Assembly: GCA_040954595.2 (NCBI GenBank)
Contig: CM082591.2
Span: 10,309,309-10,373,308, forward strand
Source of the DNA: Balanoglossus misakiensis
Taxonomy: Eukaryota; Animalia; Hemichordata
Reading direction: 5' to 3'
Length of the DNA stretch: 64,000 bases
Positions 10,579 through 20,341 of this stretch are shown here, piece after piece. A program made the translations under genes and the position numbers. Each line of letters opens with the position of its first letter. The first letter of the stretch is position 1. The notes under the pieces were generated by a model, which saw only the letters and a program-made list of their open reading frames with translations, searched no databases and had not been told where the DNA came from.

Positions 10579-13311
10579 ATATACTGTATATGCTGGTGTT
10601 GGTCAAATGTCATCCAGAAGTTGGATTACATTCTGGGCCCGGGCTGATCCATCGTCGACAATACGAACCCCACTGGTCACTTTTTAGCATGGAATTAAAT
10701 ATGTACAAATATAAGAAATAAAGGGTAACATATTATGCAGATATGGTTAATCTAAGAGAACCACTATGCAAAAGTCGCCGCACATATGAGTAGTCACCCA
10801 ACCATTCCGAACTGTCAAATGGTTCTTGAGAAAAAGTTCTTGAAGAAGTTTATTTTCAAAGATTTTTGTCATTTCTGAAAAACTAGCATGGCCACCAAAG
10901 GAATTTTAAGAGCTCCGTGCGCGTGCCGGAGGCTCGTTTAATGACTTCACGTTTAAATTTATAATGCAATTTCTATCTAGTATACCTGACACTCTGTGTT
11001 TCTTTTCTCCCGAATATGTATTCTTCAAGAGGTGTCAAATGACATTATAAGATCGTTAAATTGCTTTTATTAATATTTAACTAAATTGAAATGCATGTAA
11101 TAATTGTTCAATTTCTATCTCTGTCACGAAAGTTTTTTGCTTCTTTTGTGTCAGAGTCATTTTCGGGCATCGTTATTGTGTGGCAGGTAAATTGACAAGA
11201 CCATAACTTTGTTTTAGTTACAGGCTGTTCAGATAATGTGGCAACTACGACTTCTGTGCCTCTAAGCATACATTTTGAAGCGACTCAACGTTTTCTCGGG
11301 TGGACAGGTGTATGCTCCTAAATGGCTGGTCAATACATGGATATTGAAACCCATCCATCTAATCTGTTTCCTATACGTAATATTAATGTCATGCGGTATG
11401 CGTCATTTTTGTTCTGATACAAAAGCTTAAACTGTAGCCCTGGCGTGAAAGCGTTGAATACAATACTGTATGTACACATATAAATATTAAGATGTATCGA
11501 ATAAACGTCAAAGGTTAGGAAAAATCGTCTATAAATAGACAATTGATTTCATGCAATTTATGTCCAAAATTCAACGCAGATCAGTGACCAGTAGGAAACA
11601 GCCCCCCCCCCCAAAAAAAAGTAGTTGTGTGCATATCCATGTAGTAGTCATTGAGCAGAAGCAAGGCATTTTTCAACTGTTTGGAATGACCACAAACTTA
11701 TACACGTCTTCCATATGATACAGTGCGGAAAGTTCTATAGGAATTTTACGAGCTACTTGCGAAAGGCGGCACGGCGCTGATACATGTACGGTTTCTAAAT
11801 TAATACATTGCAATTTGCAGTATAACGACAGATTGCAAGAGGCATAGTGTATGATATGTTGTTTAAATTTATATGCAATTTAATAGTAGCTAGAAAACGT
11901 CTCCGTACGTGTGAAATCGCAAGATCTCCACATCTGACAACGATGACTTCGTCCACGTTCAGCGACGAAAACGGAAGAGAAACCAGCCTGTGATTGGAAC
12001 TGAGCCGAGTACTACAGCTGGCCTTCAAGGCGCAAGACCGCGGCGTGTATAGACACTTTTTGTGTCCCGGTTGAATCCAGCAACACCATGTGAAGTTGTT
12101 GAGCGCTATACTTCTGACAAATTTGATTTACCTACTTCGTTGAAACTTACTGGTTGTATGGAAATCATTATGATGGGAAACGTTCCCCCGATTTTTATTA
12201 AGTAGCAAAGTTGAACTTTTCTAATTAATGATATATTTCTAAAACATCATCACAAACTCATTGGAAATTAACTGAACATGAATTTATCTCACGGTCATGT
12301 CAATGTCTCATGAAATATGTTATGATATCACGTTAATAAATTGTAGTTTGCATATCATCGAACTTTTGCTATTAGTAATGTACGTCAGTAGTTACTACAC
12401 ATGCAGCTATGCTGAAATTATTTCGTACGTGAAACTAATATTGTTTTATGCAGAGAACCAACACACTCTAAATAATATGACAAGATACAACTAGTGAGCT
12501 GTTAAAAGCTTTTTTGTCTCATCACTAATTTTAACCTTAGAATGTTCCCCTGCCAGAGGAATGAGCTAATATTTTATCTTGAGCAAAAACAACAACAACA
12601 ACAGAAATTCATCATTGTCTTACGATCTAATTATTTTCTTGACAAGTGCAAATTAGTCAACACTGTCAGAAATTCCCTGGAGAGAAAAATTGATCGTGTC
12701 GGTGGGAGCTAGCTTGAACTGTATTAATGCAGGCTGATGTTGTAGGGGGCTACAATTTTAGGGGTATCGAGGGAGCCATTGGTATGAAAATGAGAAATGG
12801 TTAATATATTTACGCGTATGCACGGAGATATTTAGGCGCGCCTTCACAGCGACAGACATTTCACAGTAGACGTATTCCAATATGTCTAGGCTGAGTAGAG
12901 CAATGTGTTCTAATGATGCAAGAATTTAATTTATAAGGTGACATAGATAACTAATAAATAAAGCTCCAAAAGAATTGGCCATATTAATGTCATGATGTCA
13001 ATTTGACACTTGGTACAGGTTAAAAAATAGCCTTTCTTCTTTATACAGCGACTGTTCGCTTTTATTTTCTTCGTTTACTTAAAATTCTTGCGAAATGAGG
13101 TCATTTCGGTTGTGGGGAAACTTCCATCTCTTGATATCATTGTGGTGCTTGGCCCGGGCTGAAAAATGTCTAGTCTTAGTGTTTCATAATTCTCTACCAA
13201 ATAGTACACTGTTTTTCTTGTTAAACTCCACGCTTCGTATTAAACTCTAAGTACCCCGAACAATCTGGTGACACCACGCCGGCTCATAATCCACACATTC
13301 GGAAAACATGA

Positions 13312-13470
13312 GGGCCTGTTCAGAATTAACAGTGGGGGGAAGGCCGGTGCGATTCGAAATCTGAATGCATGAAAAATACTGACCCTCCACCGATTTCTTG
13401 CACAAAAAATGCTGCCCCTTCTCCATGAACAAAATCAAGTGACTCTTCCCACAGTACGTGAAATATCCCA
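13312..13470 (+). mobile_element. Probable PIF/Harbinger-type element end (only one end seen; right boundary arbitrary)
   Basis: GGGCCTGTTCAGAATTAAC followed by a G run resembles the end of the TAA-flanked element at 54946, and it coincides with the end of duplication homology. Confidence 0.4.
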
Positions 13471-13989
13471 TTATTCATTCTGATTTGTACAATCAGAGAT
13501 TACTCAGTTAAACCAGGCAAAGTTCACATGTGTAAGAAAATCATGCATTATTGAAAGAGGAGATACAAATTTTATGAAATAATCAAGCAATTGCATAGCC
13601 AGCCATACAAAAAAATTGAAAAACAAAAAACAAAAACAGGGACACTTGATACAACTGTTTGATACAAAAAGATATTGATTTTTTCTATTGACAGAACAAA
13701 GGAAATTTACATGTTTACTTTCAACAGAGGCTGGTCGCCTCAGTAAGTCATTGTTTGTTTCTTCCAAAGTGTGACATTTGCAGTACATGAATACTTTGAT
13801 TTCTATGGCTTTTAAATTTTGATTTTGAAATTTTCACAGAGATAATGCTGGCAAAAAAAAGTAGCCAGTATTATTGCCCCATCATGTGATATACATAATT
13901 CTGTCATCACAGATGACAAAATTCATTTTGAAGGTGTTGGAAGGCTAAATCTAAGAGATGCGAAATACGTAGGGGTTATTTAAGCAATA

Positions 13990-14310
13990 ACTTTTTGTGT
14001 CCCGGTTGAATCCAGCAACAACATGTGAAGTTGTTGAGCGCTATGCTTCTGACAAATTTGATGTAGGTGTGAATAGTACAAAACTGAAAACAAAATCTGA
14101 TGTCGACATTAGAGCTGCTCTTGATCGTGTAAATTGGCCTCAGGATACTCTTGTACGAAACTATTATAAATCACAGACGCCATGACAGAACGCAAAAACA
14201 GCTTAAAACAGATTGTTTTATTTCACTGTCGCTCCGTGAAATCCAGCTTCCATTTTGTGTTTGAATTGTGTGAAACCCATGATATATTTTGTCTTTTACA
14301 AGAACACAAC
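13990..14310 (+). pseudogene. Decayed LINE ORF1/ORF2 junction fragment
   Basis: FVSRLNPATTCEVVERY...WPQDTLVRNYY (ORF1 C-terminus); its TGA overlaps an ATG (ATGA, 14182-14185) leading to FHCRSVKSS...LCETHDIFCLLQEH, an APE endonuclease N-terminus. Confidence 0.65.
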
Positions 14311-14672
14311 ATGTACACTTTTAAGTGTAGCCTCCAAGATTCTTCCACTGTTTTACTTGATACGATCTGTTCATCAGATAGAGCGACTAACAGCATATTT
14401 TCAAGCATTTTTCAAGCGTATTTCCATTTGTTTTTGTTTTTTATTATTATACAGTATATGGACGTTTTCAGGTTTTTTTCAAAGATTTTTGTCATTTTTC
14501 AAAATCTAACATGGCCACTGGAGGAATTTTAAGAGCTGCATGCCAGAGGCTCATTGTATGACTTCACGTTTAAACCATGCTCTGCTAATAATTTCACTTT
14601 TGGAGTATTTTTCTGTTGACATCTCTCAGTTTTTGTCAGTGAAGTTGCTCAATACCTGATCGCCCTTATCGT

Positions 14673-14701
14673 AACAAAGTGGCGCAGCGGAAGCTCTGCT
14701 A
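14673..14701 (+). pseudogene. Internally deleted tRNA-iMet (29 nt, diverged)
   Basis: AACAAAGTGGCGCAGCGGAAGCTCTGCTA: the first ~22 nt joined to the 3' acceptor strand. Confidence 0.8.
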
Positions 14702-15231
14702 ATATTTTCGTCGCACATATCATATACATGTTCACCCAACCACTCCCAACTTTAAAACAGTTTTTGATAGTTTTTTTCAAAGATTTTTGCCTTTTTTTTA
14801 AACTAACATGGCCACTGGAGGATTTTTAAGAGCTGAATGCCAGAGGCTCATTGTATGACTTCACGTTTAAATTTATAATGCAATTTCTAGAATACATGAT
14901 ACTTTGTATTTCTTTTCTCCCGAATATACATTCTTCCAGAGGTCTGAAGTGATATTATCAGATAGTTAAATTGTTTTTATCAATATTTAGCTAAATTTAA
15001 ATGAATTCAACAATTCTTTATTTTCTATCTCTGACGCGAACGTTTTGCTCCTTTTGTGTCATTGTATATATATTTTATTTTCGGGCATTGTTATTGTGTG
15101 GCAGGTAAATTGACAGTGTCATAGCTTTTGTCTGAGTTACAGGCCGTTGCGATGATCAGGCAACGACCAACCGTGTATCGATCACCACTCATAGTCGGAG
15201 AACTCGCTCAATACCTGAATGCCCTTATCGT

Positions 15232-15303
15232 AGCAGAGTGGCGCAGCGGAAGCGTGCTAGGCCCATAACCAAGAGGTCCATGGATCGAAACCATGCTCTG
15301 CTA
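15232..15303 (+). tRNA. tRNA-iMet-CAT: tRNA-iMet(CAT) variant with A29/A41 anticodon-stem mismatch (possibly pseudogene)
   Basis: 72-nt match to eukaryotic initiator tRNA; CTAGG/CCAAG stem loses one of the three initiator G-C pairs. Confidence 0.65.
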
Positions 15304-15391
15304 ATATTGTTCACTTTTTGGTGAATTTTTCTGTCGACATTCCTCAATTTTTTATCAGTGAACTCGCTCAATACCTGACCACCCTTATCGT

Positions 15392-15463
15392 AGCAGAGTG
15401 GCGCAGCGGAACCATGCTATGACCATAACCCAGAGGTCCATGGATCGAAACCATGCTCTGCTA
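15392..15463 (+). pseudogene. tRNA-iMet pseudogene
   Basis: D-stem and anticodon stem disrupted (GGAACCATGCTATGACCATAACCCAG). Confidence 0.8.
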
Positions 15464-15551
15464 ATAATTTCACTTTTTTGGGTGTATTTGTCTGTTGACA
15501 TCCCTCATTTTTTGTCAGTGAAGTTGCTCAATACCTGATCGCCCTTATTGT

Positions 15552-15623
15552 AAGAGAGTGGCGCAGCGGAAGCGTGCTGGGCTCATAACCCACAGGTCCA
15601 TGGATCGAAACCGTGCTCTGCTA
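15552..15623 (+). pseudogene. tRNA-iMet probable pseudogene
   Basis: Acceptor stem 5' strand AAGAGAG mismatched; further changes in the anticodon and T stems. Confidence 0.75.
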
Positions 15624-15710
15624 ATAATTTCACTTTTTTGGTGTATTTCTCTGTTGACATCCCTCAGTTTTTGTCAGTGAACTCGCTCAATACCTGATCG
15701 CCCTTATCGT

Positions 15711-15782
15711 AGCAGAGTGGCGCAGCGGAAGCGTGCTGGGCCCATAACCCAGAGGTCCATGGATCGAAACCATGCTCTGCTA
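15711..15782 (+). tRNA. tRNA-iMet-CAT: tRNA-iMet(CAT), intact
   Basis: AGCAGAGTGGCGCAGCGGAAGCGTGCTGGGCCCATAACCCAGAGGTCCATGGATCGAAACCATGCTCTGCTA; A1-U72, three G-C anticodon-stem pairs, ATCGAAA T-loop; T6 terminator downstream. Confidence 0.97.
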
Positions 15783-15869
15783 ATAATTTCACTTTTTTGG
15801 TGTATTTCTCTGTTGACATCCCTCAGTTTTTGTCAGTGAAGTCGCTCAATACCTGATCGCCCTTATCGT

Positions 15870-15898
15870 AGCAGAGTGGCGCAGCGGAAGCTCTGCTA
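15870..15898 (+). pseudogene. Internally deleted tRNA-iMet (29 nt)
   Basis: AGCAGAGTGGCGCAGCGGAAGCTCTGCTA; 43-nt deletion at GC microhomology. Confidence 0.9.
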
Positions 15899-16428
15899 AT
15901 ATTTTCGTCGCACATGTCATATACATGTTCACCCAACCACTCTGAACTTTTAAAAGGTCTTTGATAGTTTTTTTCAAAGATTTTTGCCTTTTTTCAAAAC
16001 TAACATGGCCACTGGAGGATTTTTAAGAGTTGCATGCCAGAGGCTCATTGTATGACTTCACGTTTAAATTTATAATGCAATTTCTAGTATACATGATACT
16101 TTGTGTTTCTTTTCTCCCGAATATACATTCTTCTAGAGGTCTGAAGTGATATTATCAGATAGTTCAATTTTTTTTATCAATATTTAACTAAATTTAAATG
16201 AATTCAACAATCCTTTATTTTCTATCTCTGACGCGAACGTTTTGCTTCTTTTGTGTCATTGTATATATATTTCATTTTCGGGCATTGTAATTGTGTGGCA
16301 GGTAAATTGACAGTGTCACAGCTTTTGTCTGAGTTACTTGCTGTTGCGATGATCAGGCAACGACCAACCGTGAATCGATCACCACTCATAGTCGGAGAAC
16401 TCGCCCAATACCTGAATGCCCGTATCGT

Positions 16429-16500
16429 AGCAGAGTGGCGCAGCGGAAGCGTTCTGGGCCCATAACCCAGAGGTTCATGGATCGAAACCATGCTCTGCTA
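16429..16500 (+). tRNA. tRNA-iMet-CAT: tRNA-iMet(CAT), near-intact variant
   Basis: 72 nt with all stems paired; two non-stem substitutions (positions 26 and 48); T-run downstream. Confidence 0.85.
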
Positions 16501-16585
16501 TTAATTTCATTTTTGGAGTATTTTTCTGTTGACATTCCTCAGTTTTTGTCAGTGAAGTTGCTCAATACCTGATCGCCCTTATCGT

Positions 16586-16657
16586 AGCAGAGTGGCGCAG
16601 CGGAAGCGTGCTGGGCCCATAACCCAGAGGTCCATGGATCGAAACCATGCTCTGCTA
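16586..16657 (+). tRNA. tRNA-iMet-CAT: tRNA-iMet(CAT), intact
   Basis: Identical to 15711-15782; T7 terminator downstream. Confidence 0.97.
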
Positions 16658-16744
16658 ATAATTTCACTTTTTTGGTGTATTTCTCTGTTGACATCCCTCA
16701 GTTTTTATCAGTGAACTCGCTCAATACCTGATCGCCCTTATCGT

Positions 16745-16773
16745 AGCAGAGTGGCGCAGCGGAAGCTCTGCTA
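16745..16773 (+). pseudogene. Internally deleted tRNA-iMet (29 nt)
   Basis: Identical to 15870-15898. Confidence 0.9.
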
Positions 16774-17392
16774 ATATTTTCGTCGCACATGTTATATACA
16801 TGTTCACCCAACCACTCTTAACTTTTAAAAGGTCTTTGATAGCTTTTTTCAAAGATGTTTGCCTTTTTTCAAAACTAACATGGCCACTGGAGGATTTTTA
16901 AGAGTTGCATGCCAGAGGCTCATTGTATGACTTCACTTTTAAATTTATAATGCAATGTCTAGTATACATGATACTTTGTGTTTCCTTTCTCCCGAATATA
17001 CATTCTTCCAGAGGTCTGAAGTGATATTATCAGATAGTTAAATTGCTTTTATCAATATTTAACTAAATTGAAATGAGTGCAACAATCCTTTAATTTCTAT
17101 CTCTGTCGTGAACGTTTTGCTTCTTTTGTGTCATTGTATATATATTTTATTTTCGGTCATTGTTATTGTGTGGCAGGTACATTGACAGTGTCATAGCTTT
17201 TGTCTGAGTTACGTGCTGTTGCGATGATCAGGCAACGACCAACCGTGCATCGATCACCTGCAATTTCTCGGGCTGAGTTGGCTGGACACCATTCCATGCT
17301 CTGCTGATATTTTCAATTTTGGTGAATATTTTCTGTCGACATTCCTCAATTTTTGTCGGTGAACTCGCTCAATACCTGATTGCCCTTATCTC

Positions 17393-17464
17393 AGAAGAGT
17401 GGCGCAGCAGAAGCGTGCTGGGCCCATAACATAGAGGTCTATGGATCGAAACCATGCTCTGCTA
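17393..17464 (+). pseudogene. tRNA-iMet pseudogene
   Basis: Mismatches in acceptor stem, D-loop, anticodon stem (CATAACATAG) and T stem. Confidence 0.8.
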
Positions 17465-20012
17465 TTATTGTTCAATTTTTGGTTTATTTTTTGTCGACAT
17501 TCCTCAATTTTTGTTGGTGAACTCGCTCAATACCTGATCCATTTGTTTGTACATATAAACAGGAAATGTGTAAAACGCATCCACGAACTCATAGACTTCG
17601 ATTTCGTTTTGATTAACTAACATATAACTTGTACAGAATTTTTTTGCATTATATCATAATTTACAAACATTTATATTGATATCATATTTATTAACTACAA
17701 CACAGAAAATATATTCATAATATCATAATTTACTAACGTTTATATTGATATCACATTTATTAACTACACCACCATCACAATGCTGCTGTTTTAGCCTTGA
17801 TTTTTTTCTCTGAGCAGATTCATGACTCATAATAACTCATTGTACATGTATGTTGGACAACAAAATACAGTTGACACATCAATGTGGTTGTGCCTTGATT
17901 CCAGTGCCTGTGGTTTCCTTCATTTGCTCTTGAAGCTTCACAAAATATCTCTTATTGTCCCGTTAATTAACTACTTATTGGCAGTTTAACAAATCTGTGC
18001 AATTTGCAGTCTAAAAGAAAGTCTGTGTTTGCAGCAATGGTATGAAACTCCCTATAAATCCTACATAGACACTGCTTAACATTTTTATCATTTTAATTTA
18101 CTACCAATTTGCATATTTAACGACATTTTGAATGCAGCATTGCGAATTCAATGAAATTCGTTAAATAAAGAATAGGCAACACATAGTAAATAACTGAAAG
18201 GGACACTCTTCTGACAGATAGCGCCACCAATGTTCAAGTCCGAAGGTTAATCAAAATAACCCATAACTCCAACTTCAAGAGAATTCTCATCCAAAGTCAA
18301 AACATATCTTGCACGTCACCGGATTTCATATCAAGTTCACCCAGATAAAAATATGTTATTACCATGGTATAGTCATGCAATGCATGCATGCCCATAGAAC
18401 CATTTAAACACTGATCGCATTGATTCATCCAATGACAATTTTCAAGGGGACAGTTATATGGGCCAGTTGTCCACGAAACCTACGCACCACCAGCGGCCAC
18501 TTCACTGGTAATACAGAAGCCAAACTTACACAGGCATAGACTATCTTTAAATCTGTCGCTTTTTACGCTGGACTGATTTTAGTACTCTTTTTACCCATAA
18601 AACTATTTTCTCACATTCGCAAGGCGTCGCCTAATGAAGTGTCCACAAGGCAGACATCTACTGTGTCTCTTATAATCTTCAGGACTCTTCTTGTCTTTTT
18701 GTCGACCTCTGGCGTAACTGCATGCTAATACATGTTCGGTGGTTCTCCTTGCCATGTCAGACAGCATAAATAATGTGATTTTCTGCCTGTAACAAAACCA
18801 ATGACCCAAAGTGAACATAATACCCTGTCAGTGTCAGGTTGTATGCTTTGGACCGGAGAAAAAGAAAACCAAAATGCCGAGAGAATTTTCTGTATACTAC
18901 ACAGAAGATTAATTTAAAGTGTAATGTTGTAGACACGCTTAGGTATGCACATGCTGCCAAGCGAATTAAATTCTTTAATATCAATCACGTGACCTGTCCA
19001 ATGTGACCCACGGCAGTTGCCATTTCTAGGTGATGGGCAAACAATATTTCGACATCCAGTATATACTTTTAGAGCTGCCAGACACGTAGCATGTATCAGG
19101 CATGGTGCCTCATCAGCCTCGTGGCGTTTCGTCTGCACAGTCGCTGTCTGCTGAATTTGCCCGCCATCTGGAATTTTGAATACCAACAGAACTACCGTAC
19201 GTCAGATGTCATTTTATATCAAAGAATATGACCATGAACTTTTGGGTGAACCACTGGTAGATTAAGGGATATGTTAACAGTCAGCCATTAATAATTTCAA
19301 GAAAATAGCAGCATCCATCAAGCATCACAAATTAATGCTATCTACTCTAGCCATGAACTTGTATGCGTGAAGAGTAACTGTGTTTCAATTGCTTCTGCAC
19401 ATTCTCGAAATGTTTCGGGTTGTGTTGTGTCGTTTTGTGTTATGGTGTGGTATGTTATGTTGGCCAAATTGGAGCAATAGAGATTGATTGCTTGATCGAT
19501 CGAACGATTGATTGATTGATTGATTGATTAATTGACTGATTATGTAATATACGTCTAGATTTTGAAGTGGTTATTCACACGTGGAACGTTTTCGACATAA
19601 AATCGCAATCCACGTTGTAACTATCTTTACATTCTCCATGAACCGCAGCTACAATGAAAATACGAACACCCTGGTGTCACTATTTGTGCAGGCCGCCTTA
19701 TTGCAAAGTATGAAAGGGTATATGTCCCGTGTTGATCAACATGTTTGCGATAAAAATGGACAATTACCATCAGTTGACTGAGATATGTCAAACTTTATTC
19801 CCAAGTATCCACCTTTATATTTATTCCCCAAAATTACATGTTATAAATTAATTAAATAATTCTGCCTGATAACTTTCACTTTCGTTTAGCCTGTGTAAGA
19901 TCCTTCTTTATTATCATGCAATTTTCACTGCCCAACACCAAAAAGTAGAATGAAGATTCTCTATAGATTTTCCCTCCTTGTTTTGGTAATTGAATCGTGG
20001 TGCGGTCGTGAC

Positions 20013-20214
20013 TTAAGCAGCCATGACTTCGACTTCACACAACGTTAGCTGCTGTTGCTTATCCATGATTTGGACATTGGGGTTTCGCAGCCACACCTGA
20101 CGTGAATAGGCTGTTTCTTGACCATTCTGCCAAGTATCATCATCCCACAAACTGGATTGTCGTGGAAGTCGGCACTGTCACCCACACGGATCTCGGCATG
20201 TTTAATACGGAAGG
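20013..20214 (-). CDS. Last exon: F-type lectin C-terminal half, frameshifted by a short deletion near 20074
   Basis: AFRIKHAEIRVGDSADFHDNPVCG...CGCETPM, then VQIMDKQQQLTLCEVEVMAA* in another frame; the expected GRYV strand is missing. Confidence 0.85.
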
Positions 20215-20283
20215 CTGCAAATAGCCATTTAATATCAATTAGAAAATGTCACACGAACGTTAGAACTATTAAACTGTGTGTGT

Positions 20284-20341
<58 letters not shown>

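Larger units (their letters stand above)
5749..13309 (+). repeat. Local duplication, copy B (interrupted by the LINE at 6010-10578)
   Basis: Matches copy A; homology stops abruptly at ~13309 where a GGGCCTGTTCAG element end begins. Confidence 0.95.
14465..17540 (+). repeat. Higher-order tandem array of initiator-Met tRNA units (about 160-bp monomers grouped by ~530-bp spacers)
   Basis: tRNA starts at 15232, 15392, 15552, 15711, 15870, then 16429, 16586, 16745, then 17393; shared leader CGCTCAATACCTGATCGCCCTTATCGT and downstream T-runs; three copies of a long spacer. Confidence 0.95.

Noticed and set aside
6352-10579. Plus-strand ORFs within the LINE
   Set aside because: Antisense to ORF1/ORF2 with no independent motifs.
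16222-16491. ORFs overlapping a tRNA
   Set aside because: Chance frames across tRNA and spacer.
15232-17464. CRISPR-like regularly spaced repeats
   Set aside because: The repeats are tRNA-iMet genes, the spacers are homologous to each other, there are no cas genes and the context is eukaryotic.
17600-19950. Possible gene between the tRNA array and the lectin gene
   Set aside because: Only short ORFs, a small tandem duplication and a (GATT)n run; no consistent exon chain seen.
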